A DNA stretch of 64,000 bases from an uncultured Pseudomonadales bacterium. Its GTDB lineage: Bacteria; Patescibacteriota; Microgenomatia; UBA1400; MFAQ01. The position numbers were made by a program, and so were the translations under genes. Below the pieces are notes generated by a model. The model was not told where the DNA came from and searched no databases. It saw only the letters and a list, made by a program, of their open reading frames with translations. This document shows, piece after piece, positions 39,234 to 49,302 of this stretch. Positions within the stretch are counted from its first letter, which is position 1. Every line of letters begins with the position of its first letter. The DNA lies in assembly GCA_964439805.1 (NCBI GenBank), contig CAYTOI010000003.1:36844-100843 (forward strand), in the 5' to 3' direction.

Positions 39234-40613
39234 CTATTTGTCTTTTACCGTAACTCCCATAGCTATTAGCTGATCGCGAAGTCTATCCGCCTCTGCCCAG
39301 TTCTTCTCGGCTCTAAATCTCTCCCTCTCCTCCACCATTTTATTTATATCTTCATTATCTTGAGTTCTTGATTCCTTGAGTTCTTGAGTTCCCAAATTTA
39401 GCCCCATCACCTTATCAAACTCTAGTAACAAATATTTTTTCTCTTCGTCGGCCAGATCACCCTTCATCATCTCCCAAACTACTGCTAGAGCCTTTGGCAT
39501 ATTCAAATCATCCTCCACCGCTTCAGCAAATTTACTTATAAATACTTCCACATCTTGAGCTCTTGATTCCTTGAGTTCTAGAGTTCTTGACATGAAATTT
39601 ACCAATTTCATATACGCCTTCTCCGCCCCCTCTATCGCTTCCCAAGTAAAGTTCATTTGTTTTCGGTAGTGCGCAGTTAGGTACAGATACCGAAGTGCCA
39701 TGGCCGAATACCCTTTCTCTACTATGTCACTGACTCTATAAACATTCCCCAAGCTTTTACTCATCTTCTTTCCATCTACCATCAAAAAACTGCTATGAAA
39801 CCAATATTTCACAAATGGCTTCTTACCCGTGCCTGCTTCACTCTGAGCAATCTCATTTGGGTGATGAATAGAAACGTGATCTTCTCCTCCAGTATGCAAA
39901 TCTATTTGCTCACCCAAGTACTTCATACTCATCGCCGAACACTCTATGTGCCAACCAGGAAATCCATCTCCCCAAGGGCTGTTCCAATGCATTACATGAT
40001 CTTTATGTTTACCAACAGTTTTAAACCACAAGGCAAAATCAGCAGGACTCTTTTTGCTATTATCTGTCACCACTTCTTCTCTCACTCCCACTAGCTTTTC
40101 ATCTATAGACTGGCCAAAAAGTTTTCCATAATCAGGGAATCTACTCACATCAAAATAAACTGCTTCTGGAGTGTCGTAGGCGTATCCATTGGCAATTATT
40201 TTCTTGATTAGTTCTATCTGATCTTCTACATGTTCCGTAGCTTTGCACTGAATAGTGGGCCGAATAATATTGAGTGAGTCCATTTCTTTTAGGAAATAAT
40301 CTGTGTACTCCTCTGCTACTTGCCATACTGTTTTCCCGTACTTCATAGCCCCCTTCTCTAGCTTGTCTTCGCCTTCGTCTCCGTCAGAAACCAAGTGACC
40401 TACATCGGTAATATTTTGAACATGAGTAACATTTAAGTTTTCAGTGTTTTCCAAAACTCTTTTGAGAATATCGTCGTTGACATATTTACGGCCGTGACCA
40501 ATATGAGGAAAGTCGTAAACCGTAGGGCCACAAGCATACATTCCCACTTCACCAGGTTTACTAGGAACAAACTCTTCAGTTTGTTTGGAAAGAGAATTAA
40601 AAATCTTGAGCAT
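39234..40613 (-). CDS. cysS: Cysteine--tRNA ligase
   Basis: [23 protein letters not shown]; two octamer-derived peptides. Confidence 0.97.
   Translation of the reverse strand: MLKIFNSLSKQTEEFVPSKPGEVGMYACGPTVYDFPHIGHGRKYVNDDILKRVLENTENLNVTHVQNITDVGHLVSDGDEGEDKLEKGAMKYGKTVWQVAEEYTDYFLKEMDSLNIIRPTIQCKATEHVEDQIELIKKIIANGYAYDTPEAVYFDVSRFPDYGKLFGQSIDEKLVGVREEVVTDNSKKSPADFALWFKTVGKHKDHVMHWNSPWGDGFPGWHIECSAMSMKYLGEQIDLHTGGEDHVSIHHPNEIAQSEAGTGKKPFVKYWFHSSFLMVDGKKMSKSLGNVYRVSDIVEKGYSAMALRYLYLTAHYRKQMNFTWEAIEGAEKAYMKLVNFMSRTLELKESRAQDVEVFISKFAEAVEDDLNMPKALAVVWEMMKGDLADEEKKYLLLEFDKVMGLNLGTQELKESRTQDNEDINKMVEERERFRAEKNWAEADRLRDQLIAMGVTVKDK
39351..39390. repeat. Octamer array in frame in CysS
   Basis: Identical to 7781-7820; encodes [13 protein letters not shown]. 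Confidence 0.9.
39554..39593. repeat. Second octamer array in frame in CysS
   Basis: cttgagct-cttgattc-cttgagtt-ctagagtt-cttgacat = [12 protein letters not shown]. Confidence 0.85.
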
Positions 40614-40628
40614 GCTCTATTTTAACCC

Positions 40629-40659
40629 AAAAAAAAGCGCTCTCAACTAAGAGAGCGCT
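40629..40659 (-). terminator. Intrinsic terminator
   Basis: A-run then agcgctctc-aactaa-gagagcgct on plus strand. Confidence 0.8.
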
Positions 40660-40666
40660 AGGAACA

Positions 40667-41134
40667 CTAAACCGCAACCAAAACTGGAACTCTTTTCCTC
40701 ATTCCTGTAATTACATCGGCCAGAACATCTAATAATTCAATCATTAAATTGAGCGTATAACTCGAATTGTAAAACTTTCGAGCCAAATCCTTAGAATCAA
40801 AGACAAGTTTTAAAACCAGCAATATTCCAGTTACAAAATTAGGAACATATTCTTGTTTTGGATCCACATGCTCAACGCTAAAGGCAATGCTAAGATCAGG
40901 AATTTCTAGCATTTCATAAATAATCTGCAAGTGGTCAGATACAGAAACTGAATCGTACTTGTCATTTTTCAAATATCGAATCAAAAGATCTGGACAATAC
41001 TTATCAGTTTTAATGAAATAATTAGCAAGTGCCAACCCAAAGAGCATGCCATCTAGCATTTCTCCTTTATCTATGGCGCGACACTCCATGTACCTTTGGA
41101 CCAAACTTAATAGGCCGTTATCAAACTCTTCCAT
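40667..41134 (-). CDS. Helical orphan protein, paralogue family A
   Basis: GAGGTG SD; aligns with 41136-41621. Confidence 0.7.
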   Translation of the reverse strand: MEEFDNGLLSLVQRYMECRAIDKGEMLDGMLFGLALANYFIKTDKYCPDLLIRYLKNDKYDSVSVSDHLQIIYEMLEIPDLSIAFSVEHVDPKQEYVPNFVTGILLVLKLVFDSKDLARKFYNSSYTLNLMIELLDVLADVITGMRKRVPVLVAV

Positions 41135-41135
41135 A

Positions 41136-41621
41136 CTACTCACCTCTTGAAATCGAAGTATCTTTAACTTCCATCAACGTAAACTTCAGACCATTTAGTA
41201 ACGCATTAAATGACGAAACGTATACTCCAATAAATAAATCACTTCTCCCCTTGGCGGGATAAAATTCAATAATGCTCAAAAAAGCTTTCATTGTAATCTC
41301 ATAACCCATTCTCATAGCATTGACATAATCCGTTCGAAAATCTACCTCAAACAACCTTCCGGATGTAGTAAACATTTCATCCCGAACGACAATGTCTTTA
41401 GTAGTCTTGAGAATTTGAAAATGCCTCTGAAGTGAAAACTTAACATTACTTACATCAAGTAGGTATTTGTCAAGCTCACGAGAAAAACCGTTTTCATTTC
41501 TTGCAGACAAAAGAGCAATTTTAAAACCAAGCTCCAGCCCCTCGAGAAATTGACTTTTCATATCATCTGGGCACTTACCAAATTCTTTGATCAAAAAAAC
41601 TACAGGATCATTATCTTCCAT
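41136..41621 (-). CDS. Helical orphan protein, paralogue family A
   Basis: AAGGAG SD; L.....C....K...L.G...G...A and YL......S...H.QI shared. Confidence 0.7.
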   Translation of the reverse strand: MEDNDPVVFLIKEFGKCPDDMKSQFLEGLELGFKIALLSARNENGFSRELDKYLLDVSNVKFSLQRHFQILKTTKDIVVRDEMFTTSGRLFEVDFRTDYVNAMRMGYEITMKAFLSIIEFYPAKGRSDLFIGVYVSSFNALLNGLKFTLMEVKDTSISRGE

Positions 41622-41657
41622 CACACACTCCTTGTAAAGGTTTAGTTATAGGGTATT

Positions 41658-42137
41658 TTACCACGATTGGTAAATCTTTTCCAAAAATGCCATTTCTCCA
41701 TATATCCAAGCCACGTAGCGGTTGTATAGATTCACCTCACTTTCAGCCTCAATAATGTTCCTAGCGAGAGACTCACAAGGAATTAAGAGGTTCTTAATGG
41801 CAAGTGCGTAATACTTACCAGGGTGTCCGTAGCGCAAGCCTGAGTTTGGGATCTTTGACTCATCCAAAACAATCTTACCGTCCGAAAGACTTTCAATTTC
41901 TTTGACAAAATCAGGAGTAGGCCAAAACGGACTAGTTTGGTTTTGCAAAAAGATCCATAAGTAGCTATCTTCACTTATAAATGGTCTTCCCTGTTCTTCG
42001 TAAACTAAAGCAAAATACAAACAAAAATAGGCACCAGCTATATAGGCGTCACGACATTTGGGTAAATTTTTCAGTTCAAACACTTTCTCCAAAACATGAA
42101 TCTTCAGCATTGCGTTCAAATTATCAGAATTAAACAT
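41658..42137 (-). CDS. Helical orphan protein, possible distant family A member
   Basis: GGAGG SD, TATAAT upstream, same size as neighbours. Confidence 0.65.
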   Translation of the reverse strand: MFNSDNLNAMLKIHVLEKVFELKNLPKCRDAYIAGAYFCLYFALVYEEQGRPFISEDSYLWIFLQNQTSPFWPTPDFVKEIESLSDGKIVLDESKIPNSGLRYGHPGKYYALAIKNLLIPCESLARNIIEAESEVNLYNRYVAWIYGEMAFLEKIYQSW

Positions 42138-42207
42138 AATCCTCCATGTAAAAGATCAAACTAGGCTCAAAGTTTCTGACCCATTATATTACACCCCAGT
42201 CGACCTA

Positions 42208-42648
42208 CTATTCCTTCTGTCTATCTGTTTCCCCGTGAGATCCTCTCGCAAGCCGAGCCATCATCTGTTGCAAAAAAGACTCCTTCTTCTGCTTTTCGAC
42301 CTGCTTCTTTTGATCGGATTGCTGCTTTTCCTCCATCTTCTCTCTGTTTACTTGAGCATCAACTTGTTTTTTGTGTTCAATATATTCTTGTAGGCGGGAC
42401 TTTACTTCATTAAACTGTCTTTTTTCTGACTGCTTCTTCATAGCCTGCTTTTGCTCAGTAGCAGGATCTTTTTGTTGCTTCTTCTCACCCAAGTCAGACT
42501 GGATAAGACCGGCCGGAGCGCTAAGGATCTGTTCTATAGAATCAGTGGCAATATCTGTAGCAGCTTTTGCCGTACCTTTTACAACACCTTTACCCAGTTC
42601 AAATAAGTCGCCAACAACTTGCTGGCCAATTCCTCCCAAAGCAGACAT
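42208..42648 (-). CDS. Gln/Lys-rich coiled-coil hypothetical protein
   Basis: Low-complexity charged helix; -10-like box 5 nt from ATG. Confidence 0.65.
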   Translation of the reverse strand: MSALGGIGQQVVGDLFELGKGVVKGTAKAATDIATDSIEQILSAPAGLIQSDLGEKKQQKDPATEQKQAMKKQSEKRQFNEVKSRLQEYIEHKKQVDAQVNREKMEEKQQSDQKKQVEKQKKESFLQQMMARLARGSHGETDRQKE

Positions 42649-42701
42649 AGATTAATTTAACCACAAAAAATGGTCCCGAACTTCGGGACCATTCAAAAAA
42701 A

Positions 42702-43052
42702 TCACTCAACAAAGAGATAGTCACTCAAACCGTCTGGCCCACCAAGCTTACCCCATTGGGGTTGAACCTTGAGCACTTCCATCAATTCATCTGCCCTGTC
42801 TTCCAAGAAGACCCTTTCTTCTTCAACAAAGTCACCTTTTGTAAAGACAATTAAGTCGCCTTCCATAACGACACCACGATCAGTAGAAAAGCAAATCTTC
42901 ACTGCTTCCTCAAAACATTTTTCCTCAATGGTTTGGTTTACAACGGATATTCTTATGACAAACCCATCACTTCCTTCTCGACGACCTTGCCCTTCAAAAC
43001 GCATAACAAATAATCCACCCCTATCTATTTCTTCATACCATGCTGGCAACAT
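42702..43052 (-). CDS. Acidic orphan protein
   Basis: AAGGAGG SD; terminator 42664-42691. Confidence 0.7.
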   Translation of the reverse strand: MLPAWYEEIDRGGLFVMRFEGQGRREGSDGFVIRISVVNQTIEEKCFEEAVKICFSTDRGVVMEGDLIVFTKGDFVEEERVFLEDRADELMEVLKVQPQWGKLGGPDGLSDYLFVE

Positions 43053-43167
43053 AAAAGCCTCCTTAAAAAGTTAATATTACAGGCTTATTATAATCCTATA
43101 CTTCCCAAATTTCAAGCTCTAGGATATAATCCACACACGCACATTTTAAACCTAAGAAGGAGGCATT

Positions 43168-44367
43168 TTGAACCAATACAACCACTTATATCTTGGCGTT
43201 AACTATGCAGTACTCGCCCCAGGAAGACAGATAAAAACCAAAACTGAAAATCACATTCTTTTTACCGATGGCTCGCAAGTAGATCTCGACACGGGACAAG
43301 TAATTGATCTTGCCGAACAAGATGAAAAATTTTTGGTGGTAATTCCACTCTCACAAGGATTAAATCACTTCAACCTTGGTGACCTGAACACTGCACCAAA
43401 AGCAATGGCATGGACCAGTTCAAAACTAAAAATTAACTATCCAGGTCCAGTCAACATTATCCCCAGCTTAAACGAAATATTGACAGTCCACGAAAATAAA
43501 TACTGTACAGCCGTAAAACTAGGCACCGAAGAAGTTATTGTTACAGCCGTTGCCATGGACGAGGTTAGCTATTTCCACGATCAAAAGAACGGCACCAACA
43601 CTCCAAACTTCGACTACAAAACCAAGAACTTCCCCGCCATAAACATCTGGGCACCAGTGAACACAACTGTTACTGGCGAAGCTACAGCTTTAAACTTTTC
43701 CAAGTTAAAGCACATTGATATGAAAGTAAACATTGTAAACGGCCAGCTGGCCACCGAAGACATCTTTGTCGACGGAGAAGGACATCTATCTCTAAGTTTA
43801 GTTTCAACGCCACTAATTGGCGTAAATCAAATAGGTGATGTTAATATCGTCACAAGCGGCCAAGTAGATAAAATTGATGTAATTGGTACGGGAGATGTTC
43901 GCGTCATCTGCAAGGATGCTGGCAATATCAGCGTCGATGCGGGTGGCGAAGCATATGTCTCGGCCAGTAATGTTGACGGTCTATATATTGCAGCAGCAGA
44001 AGACGTTACTGTCAATATAGCTAACAACACTGATTTTATTGTAGTAAAGTCTGACGGCAGCATAAACATAAACGGCGGAAAATACAAAGAAATCACAAGT
44101 CTAGAAGCAGAGTTCGATATTTCCTTAGACGTTGAATCCTTTGAAATAGCTGTGGTTAAATGTGGTGGCAATTTGAATGTCAAAGCCAATATCGGCACTC
44201 AAAGCATCGCTGCTTCAAGCAAGAAAATCGCCAAGTTGACACTTGCCACTGCCAATGTTGTAGATGTCAGGGCTGAAGAAATCTCCATAATGGCCTACGA
44301 ATACCTCAAAGACCCTATTGTTCCTGCCAACAACCCCAACAACTTCATCTCCTATCGTGGTGCGTAA
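43168..44367 (+). CDS. Beta-solenoid protein (DUF2807/DUF4097 adhesin-like), paralogue 1
   Basis: AAGGAGG SD plus TTG; ~19-aa beta repeats; shares F.DGS.V.L and LKINYPG with 44859. Confidence 0.7.
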   Translation: MNQYNHLYLGVNYAVLAPGRQIKTKTENHILFTDGSQVDLDTGQVIDLAEQDEKFLVVIPLSQGLNHFNLGDLNTAPKAMAWTSSKLKINYPGPVNIIPSLNEILTVHENKYCTAVKLGTEEVIVTAVAMDEVSYFHDQKNGTNTPNFDYKTKNFPAINIWAPVNTTVTGEATALNFSKLKHIDMKVNIVNGQLATEDIFVDGEGHLSLSLVSTPLIGVNQIGDVNIVTSGQVDKIDVIGTGDVRVICKDAGNISVDAGGEAYVSASNVDGLYIAAAEDVTVNIANNTDFIVVKSDGSININGGKYKEITSLEAEFDISLDVESFEIAVVKCGGNLNVKANIGTQSIAASSKKIAKLTLATANVVDVRAEEISIMAYEYLKDPIVPANNPNNFISYRGA

Positions 44368-44416
44368 CCCAAAAGACCCGGCTGACTATGTCACCCGGGT
44401 CTTATTTTTTTAAACA

Positions 44417-44704
44417 CTAACCAAAATTTATACTTATGACGTTTGCCCCAAAAACACTTTCTAGATGTCTAGAAAGCTCCAGCATGATTTTTACATCAAT
44501 TGAGTTAACACTAATTGAAAGAATCATTTTCCCACCAGTTACCTTAGGCGCTTCAAAACTTGCTACGAATTGGGTTATTGATCCAGTTTCCAATGAAAAA
44601 GAGTTTGCATCAATAAATTTTGTTTCCAGATCCCCAAAAACCTTCTTCTCCTCCAAATACTGCTCAATTGCCTTAATTATTGTCAAAATACCAATTTGTA
44701 TCAT
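44417..44704 (-). CDS. Small orphan protein
   Basis: TACTGGAGGCAAAATGA leader identical to that of 48899-49246. Confidence 0.65.
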   Translation of the reverse strand: MIQIGILTIIKAIEQYLEEKKVFGDLETKFIDANSFSLETGSITQFVASFEAPKVTGGKMILSISVNSIDVKIMLELSRHLESVFGANVISINFG

Positions 44705-44858
44705 TTTGCCTCCAGTAGGTTAAAAGATGGTCTAATATACCATATTACAGGCCAATTCGCAACACTAAATAATTAAATACAGGCACAAAAACACCAATCT
44801 TCAAGCTTATAGGGTATAATATGCCAAGCACGTTAAACCAACTACAAAAGAGGTGAAT

Positions 44859-46265
44859 ATGGAAATTTATTACAACGGCTTGATACTTTTTGGAAACTAC
44901 CTACTTGTAACAAACGGCAGGTCAGTAAGAAACTCTAACAACGGAATCTATACCTTTTCAGACGGATCTATTGTTAACCTAAAATTAGGAATCATAGTTA
45001 CAAATAACAAGAATGAAAATCAAAAAGATTTTACTATCATCACCCTTGTTCCAGGAACTCAAATAATCGAGATTGGCAATAAGAACAGAGACCCCCAAAG
45101 CAAACTATGGCTCTCGGATTCGTTAAAAATTAATTATCCGGGAAAGGTTGTAATTACAGAATCAACCGATGGCACGATCTCAGTAAAAGAAAATGAGTTT
45201 TGTGTTGCAAATGAAAGTAATGGGTTAGTATCAGTTTCGTTAGTTGACTACACAAAACTCGTCGTCAATACCGAAACTTCTTCAATCAACGAAGTTTATT
45301 TGGGAAAACTACCAACTCTCGAAATTTCAGCCCCAGCAAACGTACAAATTACAAACAATTCTGGAAGTTTAACTTTTGATACGGCCAAGAGTGTAGAGCT
45401 GTTAGGTGGAGATCTCACTGGAAACAATGTTGACTCGATAACTGGATCAGCAGATAGCAGCGTTGAAATAAAAATCAATTCTGTAAATACGCTGACATTT
45501 AAAACATCTAGCTTTTTAGCAATCAGCCTAGACATCGCAAACACCGTATCAGTTGAGGCAGAATCAGCCTTAAAAATTAATGTTTCAGGCGAAATTAAAG
45601 CTCTCAACATCAATGGAGAAAGTTCTGTAGAAATCAAAGGTGGAACTTTTGAAAAAATAACGGTTCAGGAATGCATTGGTTCATTTAATTTGGCAGACTT
45701 TACACACGTAGGCAAATTAGTTGTTTCTTCTGAATCGTTTGTAAATATTACTGGGCAATCGGTTGATATTGTTGACATAAAAAAATCAGACAGTAAAACT
45801 GCAATTAAAGTCAAAAAAAGCAAAGATATTACCGTTTATTCAGACTCAGCAGTTACCATTGAAGGCGAAGATTTGGATATCATTAATCTTCTCTACGCTG
45901 ATGGAGCTGTAAACATAAAAACTACGACTTCAAAGAAAATAACTGTTAAGAGTGATAGCAGCGTCAATATCACCGGTTCAAAAGTGGATGTTGTCGATGT
46001 AACTTATGCTGATGGCCGAGTTGAAATTGATGCTGATACAATCAACAACATTCGCGTTGTCTCAGACTCCGCTGTTTCAGTGAATACAAACAGCGGTGAA
46101 CAGACTGTTAGTATTGAAGCGGACAGTCGAGTAAATCTCCAACTGGCTAAGGTTAAAAGTCTAAAGGTAATTTCCGACTCTGCGGTCAGCGTATCTGCTT
46201 ACCATTACTACACAAACCCAGATATAACCGCAGATGGAAGAATAACTGTAACCGATCGTAAATAA
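44859..46265 (+). CDS. Beta-solenoid protein, paralogue 2
   Basis: Alternating SDS.V.I / ADG.V.I repeats; terminator 46273-46298. Confidence 0.75.
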   Translation: MEIYYNGLILFGNYLLVTNGRSVRNSNNGIYTFSDGSIVNLKLGIIVTNNKNENQKDFTIITLVPGTQIIEIGNKNRDPQSKLWLSDSLKINYPGKVVITESTDGTISVKENEFCVANESNGLVSVSLVDYTKLVVNTETSSINEVYLGKLPTLEISAPANVQITNNSGSLTFDTAKSVELLGGDLTGNNVDSITGSADSSVEIKINSVNTLTFKTSSFLAISLDIANTVSVEAESALKINVSGEIKALNINGESSVEIKGGTFEKITVQECIGSFNLADFTHVGKLVVSSESFVNITGQSVDIVDIKKSDSKTAIKVKKSKDITVYSDSAVTIEGEDLDIINLLYADGAVNIKTTTSKKITVKSDSSVNITGSKVDVVDVTYADGRVEIDADTINNIRVVSDSAVSVNTNSGEQTVSIEADSRVNLQLAKVKSLKVISDSAVSVSAYHYYTNPDITADGRITVTDRK

Positions 46266-46297
46266 TTCAAACAAAACCCGCCGAAAGGTGGGTTTTT

Positions 46298-46906
46298 TTA
46301 CATCCCTCGCCTGCCCTCAAAAGCTCTCAGAAGTGTCTGTCCATCAGCAAACTCTATGTCTGCTCCAGTCGGCAAACCTCTACCTATTCGGGTAACACTC
46401 ATACTACCAGCAAGACCCATGTCCTTAATTCTTTCTGCAATATACATAGCTGTCGCCTCCCCTTCCATATTTGGATTTGTAGCTAAAATAAGCTCTTCTA
46501 TCCCCCGTGTTTTAATTCTCGCTAGTAGCTGTGGAATTCTCAAATCATTAGGACCTATACCCGCCATAGGATTTATAATTCCACCCAAAACATGGTAAAC
46601 GCCTTTGTATCCCTCGGCTTTTTCAAAAGCCAAAAGGTCCAGTGCATTCTCCACTACACAAACTTGTTTTTTGCTTCTATTTGCGTCTTGGCAAACCGGG
46701 CAAAATTGTTCCTCACCCACATTAAAACAAAGTTCGCAAAACTTTGTATCTTTCTTTAATCGAGATAGTGATTCCCCAAATTTATCCAGCCTTTCTTGTG
46801 GCATATTCAACATGTAATAAGCCAAGCGGGCTGCCGACTTTGGCCCAATCCCTGGCAAGGCCTCAAAACCATCAATAACTTTCTGAACCGGACGAATACT
46901 TCTCAT
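46298..46906 (-). CDS. recR: Recombination mediator RecR
   Basis: LPGIGPKSA.R, C4 finger, YHVLGG, EGEATA. Confidence 0.97.
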   Translation of the reverse strand: MRSIRPVQKVIDGFEALPGIGPKSAARLAYYMLNMPQERLDKFGESLSRLKKDTKFCELCFNVGEEQFCPVCQDANRSKKQVCVVENALDLLAFEKAEGYKGVYHVLGGIINPMAGIGPNDLRIPQLLARIKTRGIEELILATNPNMEGEATAMYIAERIKDMGLAGSMSVTRIGRGLPTGADIEFADGQTLLRAFEGRRGM

Positions 46907-46909
46907 GTC

Positions 46910-47203
46910 CTACATTCCTTGTGGCAAATTTCCAAGAACTTTGGATAAGTCGCCCATAGAATCTTTCATTTCCTCAGCTGCATATTTTTGAGCTTTGGTA
47001 ATTGCTTCATTAATTACTTTTACTGCTTTGTTCATGTTTTCACCATCGATAAAAAGCTCTTTTAGTTTTCCATCTCCGGTAACTGATGCCTTTACTCCAT
47101 TTTCCTCAACTTCAGTTTTGTGACCAGCAATCTTTCGCTGTAGCAAAGCGAGTTTTGTAAGAGCTGCACCTTGTGATCCAAATTTTTTTATTCCGTCAAA
47201 CAT
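46910..47203 (-). CDS. ybaB: YbaB/EbfC nucleoid-associated protein
   Basis: GV...VTGDG, INEA; lies between dnaX and recR. Confidence 0.8.
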   Translation of the reverse strand: MFDGIKKFGSQGAALTKLALLQRKIAGHKTEVEENGVKASVTGDGKLKELFIDGENMNKAVKVINEAITKAQKYAAEEMKDSMGDLSKVLGNLPQGM

Positions 47204-47242
47204 ATATTTTTGTATTTTTCTAACCTTCACATTTTACCTCAT

Positions 47243-47312
47243 TTTGAGTTTTTGCGTTTTTGCACTTTGAGTTTTATTTTCTTGAGTTCTTGATTTCTAG
47301 AGTTCTCGAGTT
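47243..47312. repeat. Double octamer array after dnaX stop
   Basis: tttgagtt-tttgcgtt... and cttgagtt-cttgattt-ctagagtt-ctcgagtt. Confidence 0.85.
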
Positions 47313-47313
47313 C

Positions 47314-48831
47314 TTAACTAAATATCTTCTCCACATCCACCGCCACAGTATTCACATTCGCATCCTCCGAATTCGGCTCTGTCCTCGCCGGCATGTCTAT
47401 CAAAACCGTTTTCAATGTCACCGGTCCCCAAATTCTTTGCATTTCTTGTTCAATTATTTTTTTCTTTGTATCCCTCTCAATCATGTCTTGCTGAAAACGC
47501 GACTTTACTGACAAGGTCAAAGACTTTCCTTGCAAATCCATAGGTGCCGAGTTTCTTAGCATTCCAGCAAGAGACCCATTACTTGCTGCAAAATTATCCA
47601 AAAATCCTCCCCATTCTTCTTTTATTTTTTCTATCGATGCTTTCATATCAGCTACGCTCTCTAGAGAAACTACTTTATCAACTTCTTTTTTTTCTTCTAT
47701 CACTACTGGAATTTCCTCTACAGGTGCAGGACGAACTACAGTTTCAACCTTCCTTTCAATTGCTGGTGCTTTAGCCGGCTCTACTTCTTTCGGCACCCCA
47801 CCACCACTATTATTGATAGAACTAGACAAAATTGCCATCTCCAAAGGCAGTAACGGATCTGGAGATATTTTTATTTTCTCTGCCGAGCTGACTAGCCCAT
47901 CAACCAAAGCAATTAAACTGCGAACATTTGCCCCACTTTTTACCGATATTTCAATTTGAGATTTTAGATACGTAAGCATCGCTACCAAAACCACTTGAGC
48001 CTTTACCCCATTACTTTCCATAATCATAAAGCTCTCCACAACCTCAGAAGATTTTCCAGACAATGCCGCCTCAATCACTTTTTTGACCAAGACATTACTT
48101 ACCGATCCCAGGTTCTTATTTACCAAATCCCTGTCGATATCCACCCCAAAGCTAGCCAGCTGTTCCAGCACCTTGTGGGCTTCCCGGAAACTCCCGTCCG
48201 CCACCTCTGTAATGGCCTCCAAGGCCTCCATATCGGCTTTCAGCTTCTCTCCTGCAACTACACGCATCAGAGACTCTACCATCTCGGATTTGGTCGCTTT
48301 GGTGAAGTTTATCTTTGAGCACCTGCTGACTATAGTCTCAGGCACCTTGTGAGCCTCTGTTGTACAGAGAATAAACATGGCGTGCTTAGGAGGTTCTTCT
48401 AGGGTTTTAAGAAGTGCATTAAACCCAGCAGTAGACACCATGTGAACTTCATCGATAATATAAATTTTCTTTCTAAGCTGTAGCGGAGAAAGGCGAACTT
48501 TGTCTCTCAAATCTCTAATGTCTTCCACTAGTCCATTACTTGCCGCATCAATTTCTATTACATCTACACCACTTCCATGAATCAGAGATTTGCATGGTTC
48601 ACAAACCCCACATGGTTCATGCAACTCACTCACCAAATCTTTATTAAGATCACAATTGACAACTTGCGAAAGGATTCTCGCCGTACTAGTTTTCCCAGAT
48701 CCGCGAGGACCCACAAACAGATACGCATGAGACACTTTTCCACTTTTCAAAGCAGCCTCCAAAGCACCACGAACCGACAACAAATTCAGCTCTGCAATTT
48801 TTTGGGGTCGATACTTTTGGTAATAACTCAC
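47314..48831 (-). CDS. dnaX: DNA polymerase III subunit gamma/tau
   Basis: KYRP, GPRGSGKT, EIDAAS, IDEVH, LKTLEEPP, SRC. Confidence 0.97.
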   Translation of the reverse strand: MSYYQKYRPQKIAELNLLSVRGALEAALKSGKVSHAYLFVGPRGSGKTSTARILSQVVNCDLNKDLVSELHEPCGVCEPCKSLIHGSGVDVIEIDAASNGLVEDIRDLRDKVRLSPLQLRKKIYIIDEVHMVSTAGFNALLKTLEEPPKHAMFILCTTEAHKVPETIVSRCSKINFTKATKSEMVESLMRVVAGEKLKADMEALEAITEVADGSFREAHKVLEQLASFGVDIDRDLVNKNLGSVSNVLVKKVIEAALSGKSSEVVESFMIMESNGVKAQVVLVAMLTYLKSQIEISVKSGANVRSLIALVDGLVSSAEKIKISPDPLLPLEMAILSSSINNSGGGVPKEVEPAKAPAIERKVETVVRPAPVEEIPVVIEEKKEVDKVVSLESVADMKASIEKIKEEWGGFLDNFAASNGSLAGMLRNSAPMDLQGKSLTLSVKSRFQQDMIERDTKKKIIEQEMQRIWGPVTLKTVLIDMPARTEPNSEDANVNTVAVDVEKIFS

Positions 48832-48898
48832 TCTCTAACGTTAGGTCTTTTTGAAACTTCTGTCAACAGTAAAAAACTGATACAAAAAGAACCCCACA

Positions 48899-49246
48899 TT
48901 ATATGGGGTTCGTAGTAATACGTAACGTTTTACTGCTAGCTGTTTTTTCAAAAACTCTGGTGATCACAATGTCACCACCATTCTCAAACTTCACCGAAAC
49001 ACGCTCACAATTAAGATCCCAGGAGATCGACTCACCCGGCAAAAAAGCAATTCTTGCTTGCATGCCTTTTACAAAATACTCGCCTTTAACAGATCGATTG
49101 CGAAATTTTGTGAGTCTGGGTTGCGTCTCTCCAAGTTTAATTGATAAAACTGCAAAATTAACTTGCTTTCCAACCAATTCCTCATAAATTCTCTTGATTA
49201 CAGACTCGTGATTTGAACCACTTACAGTCATGGAAATGCCAATCAT
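48899..49246 (-). CDS. Orphan protein
   Basis: TATAAT, GGAGG SD, terminator 48884-48911. Confidence 0.65.
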   Translation of the reverse strand: MIGISMTVSGSNHESVIKRIYEELVGKQVNFAVLSIKLGETQPRLTKFRNRSVKGEYFVKGMQARIAFLPGESISWDLNCERVSVKFENGGDIVITRVFEKTASSKTLRITTNPI

Positions 49247-49302
49247 TTTGCCTCCAGTAAATTAATGTGAATTTCCCAAAATTATACACCTATTGCCAAA
49301 AA

